DNA of 64,000 nt, from positions 135,874 through 199,873 of the forward strand of contig JAHIRF010000002.1 in the NCBI GenBank assembly GCA_018818785.1, read 5' to 3'. This DNA is from Thermoplasmatota archaeon (GTDB lineage Archaea; Thermoplasmatota; Thermoplasmata; UBA10834). Positions 37,035 to 47,254 of this stretch are shown in pieces. A program made the translations under genes and the position numbers. The first letter of the stretch is position 1; each line of letters opens with the position of its first letter. Below the pieces are notes generated by a model, which made no database searches, was not told the DNA's origin, and saw nothing but the letters and a program-made list of their open reading frames with translations.

Positions 37035-38011
37035 TCCATCTTCACCCTCGGGTCCATATAGACCAGCAGCACGTCAGCAATCAAATTAGCGATGATCACT
37101 ACTACGGCAATCAAGAAAAATGCCGCCTCTAATAATGGAAAATCCTTATCGATGGTGGCCTTCACGGTCAACCACCCTATCCCGGGATAATCGAAGACGA
37201 CTTCGGCTTGGAAGGCGCCACCTACGACGAATGCGATATCGATCGCAATCAGCGCGACCATAGGAAGCATGGCATTGGGTAGTGCGTGATCCTTCAGGAC
37301 CTTTCGTTCGGTCATACCCTTGGCCCTGGCAGTGGTTATGTACTCCTCGGTCATCACATCGATCAAAGAACCCCGCATGATGAGGGAAAAAGCGGCAATA
37401 CTCCCTATGGTCAGGGCCGTAGCTGGTAATACCAAATGCGATAACATGTCTTTGATCGAGATCCATGTGAACTCGAACCTCGTGCCGTACTCCAATGCAC
37501 CACCAGAGGGGGTCCACTTGAGTTCGGTAGCGAATATGACGATGAGCATCATCGCAAACCAGAAGGTTGGCATTGCATAGAAGAACAATGAAAATGCCAT
37601 TGATCCAGTGTCGAAGGCGCCTCCACGCTTCCATGCAGCCAGAATTCCAATCGACATCCCGATGACTATCATAAGTATCGACGAAGTTCCCGTGAGAATC
37701 AGGGTCCACACCATGTTGTCAAGTATGATGTCCATGGCGGGCCTAAGCGGTTCCGAGATAGCATTCCCGAAGTTGAGTGTGAACACGTTCTCAATGTACT
37801 TGAGAAATTGCACATAAATCGGTTGATCGAGCCCGAAATCATGAATGAACTGTTCCTTATATTCATCGGATACCCTAGTATTGTTCCTGAGATTCATCAA
37901 AGGGTCACCGGGTATGACTCGGAAAAGGAAGAAGTTCATCACGACTACCATGAGGAGGGTTATGAAGGAGTTAAAGGCCTTTCTTGCAATCAATATCTTG
38001 CCGTTTCTCAT
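37031..38011 (-). CDS. Peptide/nickel ABC transporter permease (DppB/OppB type)
   Basis: 'FLFRVIPGDPL' is typical of the DppB N-terminus. 6 TM. 4-nt overlap with the downstream permease. Confidence 0.78.
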   Translation of the reverse strand: MRNGKILIARKAFNSFITLLMVVVMNFFLFRVIPGDPLMNLRNNTRVSDEYKEQFIHDFGLDQPIYVQFLKYIENVFTLNFGNAISEPLRPAMDIILDNMVWTLILTGTSSILMIVIGMSIGILAAWKRGGAFDTGSMAFSLFFYAMPTFWFAMMLIVIFATELKWTPSGGALEYGTRFEFTWISIKDMLSHLVLPATALTIGSIAAFSLIMRGSLIDVMTEEYITTARAKGMTERKVLKDHALPNAMLPMVALIAIDIAFVVGGAFQAEVVFDYPGIGWLTVKATIDKDFPLLEAAFFLIAVVVIIANLIADVLLVYMDPRVKME

Positions 38012-38152
38012 CGTAGCACCTAATGCATTGTTACCTTGAGAGGACTGAGCACGGATTCCACCTATTCACTATCCACACTTCTCTCCAGCTTATGCACTGC
38101 ATCCTGGAATGAAATGGAAAACGGTTTGAAGAAGGGGTTTATCACGACACTA

Positions 38153-40816
38153 TCAGGATGTCAGTGGCGGTTCTTCAGGCGGGGATGGTGGCTCGGCGCT
38201 CTTCCTGCGCTTCATCATCATGATAGCAGCCAATGCTCCGACTATCGCGATCACCGCGATTATCCCCGCGATGGCCACTGCGCTTATTCCGCCAGAATCA
38301 TCCTTCACTGGTGTCAGATTCACATTGCATACGGTCGTATTGCCAGCTGTGACCTCCGCGGTGGTGACATTCTTCTCGTATCCAATCTTTGTCACGTTGA
38401 CGATCACAGTCCCTGCTTCGACAGCGATGAACGAATAGAATCCTGTAGCGTTCGTCGTGAATTTCTTCGTCTTATCGCCATACGTTATCTCCACGGTAGC
38501 ACTTGCGATCGATGCACCTGTCTCGTTGTCGTATACGTAGCCAGACAGAGTTCCAGATGTCAGTGCCAGCGTAAGGTTCACCCATGTTGTCTCACCGGCA
38601 ACGATAATGGCATCACCGGAAGCTATTCCATATCCGGTCTTCGATGCATTGACCATATACGAACCTTCAGGCAATGACACCATGTATGCTCCATCGACGT
38701 CAGTTGATCTCGACTGGTCACTAACGAGGATTGTCGCTCCTACGATACCAACAGAGTCCTCATCGGACACGACGCCTCTTAGCCATCCACTACCCTCCGC
38801 CAAATCGGTTACATTGACGACAAGATCATCCACACCGGAAAGTCCGCCTGGATCTGTGACCCTCAACATCACGCTGACAATGCCAGTCTGGTCGAATTTA
38901 TATGATACCGTACGACCATCAAGCACTGTGCTGGACAAATCCGGTTCTGTGAACTCCCACTCCCAGGTGAGCGTTTCTGTTGCATCGTTCTCGTCATCCG
39001 CTTCACCTGTGAACGACAATGTCTCTCCAACAGTACACGATTGATCCTGGCCCGCGTTCACGTTCTCCGGAGGCATCGGATCGACCCAATCTGCCACAGG
39101 CGTGACTTCGAAGAAGAACCACATCGATCCAGGAGTCATACCCGCATTGGCCGTCATGTCTGGATAGTTGGTGAATCTCTCTGTGGTGTATGCATATAGA
39201 CCCATTGGATAGTACAACACAACATACGGGCACTGATCATAGAGGAGCGCCTGCATTTCGAGGATGATAGATTGTCTTTCCTCTTTATCCACCGTGGTTT
39301 GCTGTTCTAGGTACATACGATCATAGGTCGCATTGGACCAGAAGGAGTCAGACCACCGTGTCCAGTCCTGTGGACTCTGCGGAATCTGGTCAGTTGTCTG
39401 CGTCGAAAGCATGAAGTTCGGATCAACATCGGTGTCCCATGCCCATATGAACAGATCCATCTGACAGCCGAGCCATAGGTTGTACATCTGCCCCTCGGAT
39501 ATACCCGCAGGAGTAGCCTTTATGCCAATCTCAGCTAGCGAGTCCTCAATGTCAATCGCAGCTGAACGGTCGTCGGTCTTGTCACTCCTGTAGTAGAACG
39601 AGAATTCCAGATCGACTCCAGATGTGCCGTTGTCTCTGATATCGTTGCCGTCAGTGTCAACGTATCCAGCTGCGTCCAGAAGTGCATTCGCCTTGGCGAT
39701 CTGATAATCCCACCTGGTCTCCTCATCGACATAGTAATGCCAATATGAAGTCGCGGTCGGAATAATCGAATCACCGACTTCTGCGAGTCCTTCCATGACG
39801 TCGTTGACAATGTAGTCCTTGTCCGTCGCCATAGCGATCGCCTGACGAACAGAAAGGTTGGTAGTCTCGAGATTGTCACTGGCCTTGGGGAAGTTCTCTC
39901 GCAGTTCAGGAGAGGCACAGTTGATACCTAGTTCGAATATCGACAGAGCCTTTACAGCCTGTCCCGCGATTCCATCCGTCTCAAGCGTCTCAGTCCAGAG
40001 TCTTGCGGGAACACCCATTGCGACATCGATATCATCCGCCCAGAGTGCCTCCATCATCGTGGTATCTGACAAGAATATCTTGAAGAGAACCTGATCGACC
40101 ACGACCTGGTCGATATAATACTCGTCCCAGGCAAGCATTCGAATCCACCCAAGCGTGGCATCATACTCATCGAGGATCAGCGGCCCAGAGCCGATGGGGC
40201 CGTCAGGAAATGCGGTCTGGTCCCATGGATCAATCTTGTCAAGTTTGTCCACATCGACTTCGCTCCATAGATGCTCGGGCAATATCGGCACCATGATGGT
40301 CAACATCGTGGCCTTCTTGACATCAGTGGTGATCTGTACGGTGTAATCATCGATAGCAACAACAGGATGCACAATGTTTGACAGATAGTCGATCCAGAGC
40401 GCGCATGTGTCTGGATTCTCAAGTATCGTATTGTATGTGAATACTACATCATCTGCGGTCACATCCTGGCCGTCGTGCCATTTGGCGTTCTCAACGAGGT
40501 TGAATGTCCAGACGAGACCAGATGCGTCAGTCGTCCAGGATTCCGCCAACTGATCTCCTGGAGATAGGTCCGGTTCAACGGATGTGAGCGTGTCATACAC
40601 GAGGAAATTTATCGTGTACGATATGCTCAAGGCCATCTTGAATGGATTCAGAGTATCCGGTTTCTGAAGGACTCCAACGATCAACTCGGAGTCCTCTTCA
40701 GCTGCCCCAGATTGTTTCGAAACCATTGGGAAGGCAAATAGCCCCACCAACAGAACAAGCGCACATATAGCCGCGGCAAGGTGCCGTCTTCCTGCACCGT
40801 AGTTCAGATGATTCAC
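38153..40816 (-). CDS. Family-5 (Dpp/Opp-type) extracellular solute-binding protein. A long C-terminal extension of PKD/Ig-like and carboxypeptidase-regulatory-like beta domains ends in a TM anchor.
   Basis: Signal peptide plus an SBP_bac_5-like region (~550 aa). The C-terminus has 'VSVMLRVTDPGG', 'GVVSDEDSVGIVGATILV' and 'SGYVYDNETGASIASATVEI' Ig/CarboxypepD_reg-like repeats, then a TM helix and a PPSPPEEPP tail. Confidence 0.65.
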   Translation of the reverse strand: MNHLNYGAGRRHLAAAICALVLLVGLFAFPMVSKQSGAAEEDSELIVGVLQKPDTLNPFKMALSISYTINFLVYDTLTSVEPDLSPGDQLAESWTTDASGLVWTFNLVENAKWHDGQDVTADDVVFTYNTILENPDTCALWIDYLSNIVHPVVAIDDYTVQITTDVKKATMLTIMVPILPEHLWSEVDVDKLDKIDPWDQTAFPDGPIGSGPLILDEYDATLGWIRMLAWDEYYIDQVVVDQVLFKIFLSDTTMMEALWADDIDVAMGVPARLWTETLETDGIAGQAVKALSIFELGINCASPELRENFPKASDNLETTNLSVRQAIAMATDKDYIVNDVMEGLAEVGDSIIPTATSYWHYYVDEETRWDYQIAKANALLDAAGYVDTDGNDIRDNGTSGVDLEFSFYYRSDKTDDRSAAIDIEDSLAEIGIKATPAGISEGQMYNLWLGCQMDLFIWAWDTDVDPNFMLSTQTTDQIPQSPQDWTRWSDSFWSNATYDRMYLEQQTTVDKEERQSIILEMQALLYDQCPYVVLYYPMGLYAYTTERFTNYPDMTANAGMTPGSMWFFFEVTPVADWVDPMPPENVNAGQDQSCTVGETLSFTGEADDENDATETLTWEWEFTEPDLSSTVLDGRTVSYKFDQTGIVSVMLRVTDPGGLSGVDDLVVNVTDLAEGSGWLRGVVSDEDSVGIVGATILVSDQSRSTDVDGAYMVSLPEGSYMVNASKTGYGIASGDAIIVAGETTWVNLTLALTSGTLSGYVYDNETGASIASATVEITYGDKTKKFTTNATGFYSFIAVEAGTVIVNVTKIGYEKNVTTAEVTAGNTTVCNVNLTPVKDDSGGISAVAIAGIIAVIAIVGALAAIMMMKRRKSAEPPSPPEEPPLTS

Positions 40817-41020
40817 TTATACTAGTCCCCCTACTATCCGCCTGAACCTGGAGAATTAGATCCCCCGGCCCTAAGCAATGCAAGCCGGATTATACAAGAT
40901 GCTATAAAAACGATGGCATTTACAGACACGAATGCGGAGCATAATCGAATAATGATGTCGATTACCGACGCATCTGAAAGGCCAGAATCAAAATCTATGC
41001 ACGTAAATAACCATTCGAAC

Positions 41021-41030
41021 TCCTTTTATA
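41021..41030 (+). promoter_or_regulatory. TATA box of the SRP RNA gene
   Basis: 'ttttatatta' about 20-25 nt upstream of the predicted RNA 5' end. Confidence 0.4.
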
Positions 41031-41047
41031 TTAGGTGCATGCATTTG

Positions 41048-41368
41048 CGAGTCGCTAGGCTTGACCGGGACGTTCGGCGTGTCCTTATACACCAAAATCG
41101 TCGACAGTGGGGGTGACAGCTGGGGACGTCGTAACCGAACCGGCGCCAGTCCAGAAGCCGACAGTGAGGCCCTGTCCGATGGGGTTGAAGGGGGCTATAT
41201 GCTCCTGCCGGAGGGCGGGGGTGTGTGCCTTTGTCGCGGAGATCGGGTCAGGCCCTGACGGGAGCAGCCTTACCGCGAACTATCAACGCTCACCGGGAAG
41301 CGGGACCGAGGAGGTTTCTGGGTCGCTGGCGCATGGAGAGGCCGGCAACCCCAGTGGCCTAGCACTCC
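41048..41368 (+). ncRNA. Signal recognition particle RNA (7S RNA)
   Basis: Helix-8 core 'GGTCAGGCCCTGACGGGAGCAGCC' matches the universally conserved SRP RNA motif (CAGG-stem-loop-stem-AGCAG). The 5' 'gagtcgctaggc' pairs with the 3' 'gcctagcactcc' (helix 1). Internal long-range complementarity runs 'ctgggg'/'ccccag' and 'ggcgccag'/'ctggcgc'. GC-rich, with a T-rich stretch after the 3' end. No convincing ORF. Confidence 0.55.
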
Positions 41369-41531
41369 TCCTTTTCTCTCAAGAGAGTCGAGCACGGCGG
41401 ACGCCGCAGCGTGACAGCATCCTTTTACTAGCTCAACCTACCCGAGCGTTTAGGCGCCCTCTCGGATTGGTTGCTAACCGCTGTGTTACCGTGTTTCTCG
41501 CTCTTCCTATCAACATGAAGCGCCAGCGTGC

Positions 41532-42512
41532 TCATAGCTTTTGCGGAGTCGAGCATCCAAAGGTATCAGTCCCGAAATCGAACAGGGTGCGACTCTCACC
41601 TTGGTGGATCAAATCGAGTCTTTGTGAGCTGGTGACCACGCCGCAGCGCGCGCCCTGTACGCCTGCGCGCTTGAACCCGTTCAAGACGGATCTGGCCTTG
41701 CTTGGCTCACATGTCACGACGAAACCGAATCCCTGATACGCGAGGAGCCATTGCAGGAGGTCGACATTGCGGGGTCTGGGTATCAACGATACATCTACCT
41801 CCGCTCCGCACGAGCTTGATTCCAAGAGCATGCCAAGCGTGCCCAACGATCCTGGATTGCTGATATCCTTCCCAGAGCTGAGCATTGGCGCCATCCTGTG
41901 CATCAACCTCACAAGTTTCTGGACCTCAAGGGAGGTTTTCATGCTCGTCGTATCCCAGGAATATCTGAGTCCCCGAGTGAATCTTCCTACCAAATCCATC
42001 GCGAATATGATCGAATCGCCGGCCTTTGCCCCGGAGCTCAGTAGGAGATGCTCCCTGTCAGTCCTTCCCAGTATCGCCACATCGATCGCGTCATAAATCG
42101 TGTCAGGGTGCAGGTGCCCACCCACCATGGGGACACCGAACTTATCACAAGCGGACCTCATGCCATCGACGATCTTCCTGCGTTTCGCCGCATCAGAGCA
42201 CGATAAGACATTGACTGCTGCCATGGGCAAGCCACCCATCGCGGAGATGTCGTTGACGTTGACAAGCACTGCGCAATAGCCCGCCCATCGCGGATTCTTC
42301 TGTATTAGGTCAGGTCGTATGCCATCAGCAGCCATCAGCAACACTTCCGACCCGAACTCCATGGCGGCCGCATCCTCCCCGTGGGTCGCGATCACGCCCT
42401 TGGCATAAAGGGGGAGCAGCCTCGAAGCGACTGAGGATATAGCGGATTTCCTGACCACCCCTCGATAGGCTCTGATCGCCTCAACCAGCTTGTCAGCATC
42501 TATCATGTCCAC
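41532..42512 (-). CDS. AIR-synthase-related (PurM-superfamily) protein
   Basis: 'GEDAAAMEFGSEVLLMAADGI', 'NVNDISAMGG' and 'VGGHLHPD' are typical PurM-like N- and C-domains. Confidence 0.55.
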   Translation of the reverse strand: MDMIDADKLVEAIRAYRGVVRKSAISSVASRLLPLYAKGVIATHGEDAAAMEFGSEVLLMAADGIRPDLIQKNPRWAGYCAVLVNVNDISAMGGLPMAAVNVLSCSDAAKRRKIVDGMRSACDKFGVPMVGGHLHPDTIYDAIDVAILGRTDREHLLLSSGAKAGDSIIFAMDLVGRFTRGLRYSWDTTSMKTSLEVQKLVRLMHRMAPMLSSGKDISNPGSLGTLGMLLESSSCGAEVDVSLIPRPRNVDLLQWLLAYQGFGFVVTCEPSKARSVLNGFKRAGVQGARCGVVTSSQRLDLIHQGESRTLFDFGTDTFGCSTPQKL

Positions 42513-42540
42513 GACACCGCCATCTATCGGATACTTCGAT

Positions 42541-43161
42541 TCAGAGTTTGGTCTGGACGGTCTCCTTCATGTGCGATCGTAGGTTGAACCGTTCGGCCAC
42601 GATCTCCGCCAGAACCTTCATGAACTCCTCTTCGAGATCTGCTTCCACTATCGTCGGTATGTCGCTGTTCGGGACCTTGTATCCCATGCGAGTCAACACA
42701 ACCTTCGCGTCGGTCCGTTCCTCTGGGGTGGCCTTCCTCCCCTCGATGACACCATCCAGATTGCATCTGCGGACCTCCATATCGAACACAGCCCTCTTGA
42801 AGAGTCTTTGGAGACAGTAGGCAGCCAGTGAGGCTCTCTCGGTAGCCGTCCCTGCATTCATAGAGGCGGCCTCGCCTATGAGTTCGTATATGTTCTTCTC
42901 CCTGGTGGATGATATTGAGAATACTTTTGCGGGCTTGATATCTCTAGCTCTGAGTATGTTCATGTCTGCGAGGGCCTTCAGATACCCTGTCAACTCAAGC
43001 CTATGGAGCTTGATGCCCTTGGTGCCGAGCTCCCGACATATGCCGCTTATCGATGCGGGGTCCTTCTTCAGTATCTCGAGGACGAGTTCCTTCATGTCCT
43101 TCTCTGGCGAGAACATAGTACCGGACTTGGTAACAGATTCGGTAATAAAACCCTTTCTCAA
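42541..43161 (-). CDS. Hypothetical protein with a probable N-terminal wHTH
   Basis: 'ISGICRELGTKGIKLHRLELTGYLKALADMNIL'. Confidence 0.3.
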   Translation of the reverse strand: MRKGFITESVTKSGTMFSPEKDMKELVLEILKKDPASISGICRELGTKGIKLHRLELTGYLKALADMNILRARDIKPAKVFSISSTREKNIYELIGEAASMNAGTATERASLAAYCLQRLFKRAVFDMEVRRCNLDGVIEGRKATPEERTDAKVVLTRMGYKVPNSDIPTIVEADLEEEFMKVLAEIVAERFNLRSHMKETVQTKL

Positions 43162-44765
43162 TTCAGCAGGGCGGGCCCGATCAATTGCCAGAGGATTAGG
43201 AATAGCACGGACAACGCGAACATGAGCGTGAGGGTGCCGACGGCTTTCTCCCTCTGCTCGGTCGAAAGGCCTTTCCTGATCTTGCTGAGCAGATAATCCG
43301 CCGAATCACGGAACAGATATCCTCCATCTAGAGGTACCGCAGGCAGGACGTTGGTCAGGCCGAGCATCAAGTTCAGCCAGAATATCCAATACAATGAATT
43401 GGTGAGGATCCAGAAGGCTCCCGCAGGCATCCACGCGAACGCACCGCTCGGTTCGTAGAGGTCAGTGACCGGTGACCGCAACGGAGCCAAATCAAGGAAC
43501 GGCAGCGCTATCAGTCTAAGCCAGGACCTGGAGAAATCGTCTAGATTCCTGTCGCCATCGAATGGATCGGAAAGAATAGCCGCATAGTAATCGGCATCTT
43601 CGACGTCGAGCCCCATGTTGAGGAAGCCCGCCCCGAGATATCCCTGACCATAGAATGAATCCTCGTTGTCCGAGGGGTAGAATTCATCATAGAAATCGTA
43701 CTTATCTGAAAGCGTGAGCGAAGTTATCGTCTCATTGAACTGGAAGGATTCGCTCGCATCATCGTAGCTCATGATGGAGACATTGACGACCTGGTCCGAG
43801 TGGGTCGCCACCATCGCCTGCCTCAGGTCGTCCAGGTTCCTGAGCTCAGTATCGTTCAACGAGAGGATTACCATCCCTGCATGCAGGCCGCCGATGTTCG
43901 CAGCATAATCCTTCACAGTGTACGAAACGACTAATCCGTACACGACACCCGAGGCAGTCAGATGTTCTCCAGAGAAGGTGTATTCGACATCCACCAAGGA
44001 GCCAGGGGCTATGGAAGATAGCTCATCGAGATCTTCAGCAGAGGTCAACCCGACACCGCCGACGGAGGTAACCACGCTCGAGGTCGTGACACCTGCGAAA
44101 TTGACAGGCGAACCCTCCACCACACCCATGGTTAGAGCCCCATCCTCGGCAGGTTCCACGGAGGCCATCATGACGCCTGAGAACAAGGATAGTACCACAA
44201 TGGCGACGATTATGTTCGTCGCCGGACCCGCCGCGAAGACTCTCGCCCTGATCTTCCGCGTGGTCGACCGCAGCTCCATCTCATCAGGTTCCACAAATGC
44301 TCCCACGGGGAACACGAAGAAGAGCACTCCCAGGGATACGAGCTTCAAGTTGCCCAGGCGGGTCATGATGCCATGTGCCAGTTCATGCACGACGATGGCG
44401 ACCACGAGCCCCAGTATGCCGTATCCCAGAGGTATGATAGGGTTTATTCCCGGGATCCCAAGTATCAGCTCAGGGGAAGGGGCTTGCGCGACCTGGTCGA
44501 CTATGGTCGCCTCCCACAAGAGGAGCACCATGATAATCACCATGGACCCTGCACATATCCATAGTGACAGCTTCCCATAGATGGTCCAGAGCAGCTTTCG
44601 TTGTGATACTCGGTCGATGAAGTCCCTGCCCTTCTGGGTCTTCATCATTATCATCGGACCCATTAGACTCAAGTTGTGACGTTCGAGCCATTTGGTCCTG
44701 TTCAGAACGTATATCAGAAGAATCCAAGCGATGAACACTATGAGCGCGATAAGGTATCCGTTCAT
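43158..44765 (-). CDS. Site-2 protease (M50 family intramembrane metalloprotease) with PDZ domains
   Basis: 'HELAHG' zinc motif, 'NVLPAVPLDGG' LDG motif, and a central PDZ-like region. Confidence 0.8.
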   Translation of the reverse strand: MNGYLIALIVFIAWILLIYVLNRTKWLERHNLSLMGPMIMMKTQKGRDFIDRVSQRKLLWTIYGKLSLWICAGSMVIIMVLLLWEATIVDQVAQAPSPELILGIPGINPIIPLGYGILGLVVAIVVHELAHGIMTRLGNLKLVSLGVLFFVFPVGAFVEPDEMELRSTTRKIRARVFAAGPATNIIVAIVVLSLFSGVMMASVEPAEDGALTMGVVEGSPVNFAGVTTSSVVTSVGGVGLTSAEDLDELSSIAPGSLVDVEYTFSGEHLTASGVVYGLVVSYTVKDYAANIGGLHAGMVILSLNDTELRNLDDLRQAMVATHSDQVVNVSIMSYDDASESFQFNETITSLTLSDKYDFYDEFYPSDNEDSFYGQGYLGAGFLNMGLDVEDADYYAAILSDPFDGDRNLDDFSRSWLRLIALPFLDLAPLRSPVTDLYEPSGAFAWMPAGAFWILTNSLYWIFWLNLMLGLTNVLPAVPLDGGYLFRDSADYLLSKIRKGLSTEQREKAVGTLTLMFALSVLFLILWQLIGPALLN

Positions 44766-44813
44766 TTCAGGTGACCAACTGTCTGCGCATCAGGATACTG
44801 ATATTAATTGGTT

Positions 44814-45236
44814 TCATTCTTTTTCGTTGTGATCATCTGGGGAACCAGGCACTTCGGGGCGATGTCGGGCCCATTCCTCATCCGACAATTCATCGTATAC
44901 ATCCGTCGAATGATCCACATCCACCTTGACTGCCTCATCCATCTGCGCCAGTCTGATGATCTGATCCTTCTTCAGTATCCAGAAATGAATCCGCCAGAGC
45001 TTGCCCTTCTTGATCAGGACCTCTTCCTGTGTCGTTGTGAGCATTCCGGCCTCCTCGAGCATGTAGAAGACATCTCGATCCTCTGGAGTCAGTCTATTAT
45101 CGATGACTTCGTCTGTGTATCCGAAGAAACTCATCAGGTATTCTGCTAGCTTCGCGATCTCCTCAGAGGACATCCCTTTCTTGCCGATGGTCCTCTTGAG
45201 AGCTAGTTCCACCTGCTGCATGGTGACAATAGTCAT
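44814..45236 (-). CDS. Conserved hypothetical protein
   Basis: 140-aa ORF, acidic C-terminus. Confidence 0.3.
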   Translation of the reverse strand: MTIVTMQQVELALKRTIGKKGMSSEEIAKLAEYLMSFFGYTDEVIDNRLTPEDRDVFYMLEEAGMLTTTQEEVLIKKGKLWRIHFWILKKDQIIRLAQMDEAVKVDVDHSTDVYDELSDEEWARHRPEVPGSPDDHNEKE

Positions 45237-45301
45237 CCCAATCCCGAAGATGAAACTCAGTACACTCCTATAAGACTGTCGAATAAGAATAATGCAGAGG
45301 T

Positions 45302-45988
45302 CTATGTCCGGGACCTGTGATCCACGACTTTGAAATCAGGCCCAGAGATGCCGGCAATGATACGCTCGGCCCAGTGCAACTTCCTTCGCTTGACTGCCAA
45401 TGTCTTCCCCGGCTTGGACGAGGGGTTGTCGAAGTCGAATCCGATCAGATGCGCCTTCTTTGCCCCCAGCTCCGAGGATATGCACACTGCTCTGTCCCCG
45501 TCAGTGAATCCACCGAAATTGTAGAGGCCTGTCACCGGTTCGCACTGACATGTCCCCACGATCGGCCCAGTGAATAGTGGGACATAGGCCTTGAGCGACG
45601 GGACGTTGTCGCCGTGGGCATGTACGAACACCACGGTCCCCTCCGCGTTCGCGTCCACCTGGTCTCCGACCACACCATCCAAGTCGGTCACGATCAGCTT
45701 AGGCTTGATTCCAGAATCCAATAGGTGCGTGGTTGCGCCATCTGCCGCGATCACGAAAGCCTGCGAGGGGATGGATGACAATTCATTCGAGAGGCACTCC
45801 CCTCCACCGCAGACATACACCTCATCCGGAAACCCTCTCAGGAGGTAATCCATGACTCCAACGCAATCAGTCGCTCGGGGCATCAGCAGTTCGGCGAGGG
45901 TATGCGCAGATACGATATCCTCATCTTCGGAGAATCCGAACTCGGAAGAGATATGCCGGTAGATCGGCATCCAATCCGCGAGTCTCAA
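45302..45988 (-). CDS. DUF115 / MptE-like protein (putative archaeal 6-hydroxymethyl-7,8-dihydropterin pyrophosphokinase)
   Basis: 'VITDLDGVVGDQVDANAEGTVVFVHAHGDN' pattern. Confidence 0.45.
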   Translation of the reverse strand: MRLADWMPIYRHISSEFGFSEDEDIVSAHTLAELLMPRATDCVGVMDYLLRGFPDEVYVCGGGECLSNELSSIPSQAFVIAADGATTHLLDSGIKPKLIVTDLDGVVGDQVDANAEGTVVFVHAHGDNVPSLKAYVPLFTGPIVGTCQCEPVTGLYNFGGFTDGDRAVCISSELGAKKAHLIGFDFDNPSSKPGKTLAVKRRKLHWAERIIAGISGPDFKVVDHRSRT

Positions 45989-45992
45989 GAGG

Positions 45993-47150
45993 TCACGCTC
46001 CGGACGCCTGACGCGTTTTGCCCGCCTCGCTTCTGAGAGATGCGTTCAATACTGAGCTGAATATGGCGATTAGGATACCGGTTATCATCTCTGCGATTAC
46101 CACGGTGAGGTCGTAGTCTCCATATCCGATGAAATAGGATAGGGCGTCTGCGGAACCCTGGACGATGAAACCCGTTGCGAGCACGGAGACCATCATGACG
46201 ATGAACGACCAACGGATCTTTCCCGTCTGCATGAATGTCGTGACAGACTTGCCCGATTCGAAGGCGAACACGCCGAATACGATGAACCACACAGCACCGG
46301 ATACGAAAATCAGTATCGAGATGGCCAGGCTCCGCTCATGCGACAGGAGTGATTCACGATATACCGTGGCCATATCGAACCCTATCAGCAGGCCTACAAC
46401 CCCGAGGACCAGCCCTATTATTGCGAACGGGATCGCAAGGCTTCCCTGTCTAATGGATCTCTTGGTCCGGACGATGCGCTCGCGCAGGGCATCCGCCCAC
46501 CTGTAGGACCACCCCAGCAGGTACAGCCCAAGGACGATGCCTATGACCCCGACGGCCATCTGAGAAAGCAGACCGATATCTTCGTAATTCTGTTCTACGA
46601 ATTCCACGATCTTGACTATCAGCGATAGCATGCCCCAGATGATGAGCACGAGTGAGAGAGGGACTACCCATTTCCGTCTCATCTTCTCGTCCTGGAGGGT
46701 CTTGACGATGAGGTAATATGTGCCCTCGATGCTCTTGCTCTGCTTCACGTAGACGCGCCGTACAGAATCGATCTTGATCCTCGAGGAAATCACGGGGTAT
46801 ATCGCCTCGTCCTCGACCCCGTCACTGACGAGGATGGCACGGTCGGGTTTCACGACCTCAAGGACGTTCTCCAGCTGAGTAGCGAGTATGAGGTCGGATT
46901 GGAAGCCCACATGCGAATCACCCGAGATGGTAGCTATCTCCGCGTCCATACCCCGTTTCACAAGGTCGTCGTAGAGCTGCAAGCCAGACAGGATGGTGTT
47001 CGTGTCGACCTCCTCGGGGTCCGCAAGTCCGAGCGCCAGTGCAGATTCGATGTTCTCTTCTCTACCGATGACAGGACCGTTTATACCCGCCTTTGAGCCT
47101 AGGTCGTCATCCCTGTCTACGCATAGAACGAGAATCCTCATCAGACCCAC
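45993..47150 (-). CDS. DUF373-family membrane protein
   Basis: N-terminal soluble domain 'RILVLCVDRDDDLG...AILVSDGVEDE', followed by 6-7 TM. Confidence 0.5.
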   Translation of the reverse strand: MGLMRILVLCVDRDDDLGSKAGINGPVIGREENIESALALGLADPEEVDTNTILSGLQLYDDLVKRGMDAEIATISGDSHVGFQSDLILATQLENVLEVVKPDRAILVSDGVEDEAIYPVISSRIKIDSVRRVYVKQSKSIEGTYYLIVKTLQDEKMRRKWVVPLSLVLIIWGMLSLIVKIVEFVEQNYEDIGLLSQMAVGVIGIVLGLYLLGWSYRWADALRERIVRTKRSIRQGSLAIPFAIIGLVLGVVGLLIGFDMATVYRESLLSHERSLAISILIFVSGAVWFIVFGVFAFESGKSVTTFMQTGKIRWSFIVMMVSVLATGFIVQGSADALSYFIGYGDYDLTVVIAEMITGILIAIFSSVLNASLRSEAGKTRQASGA

Positions 47151-47254
47151 CTAATGGCCCGCAGGGTTATTTTACTCTGCGCCTGGGAGATACTGGCTCA
47201 GACAATCATGGGTTTGGTTAAAAATGCTTATATAATAACCACCGATTTATCTGT

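Noticed and set aside
41107-41736. 209-aa plus-strand ORF across the GC-rich intergenic region
   Set aside because: It overlaps the predicted SRP RNA and has a low-complexity Gly/Ala/Pro/Arg-rich translation. It is better explained as a structured RNA plus chance ORF.
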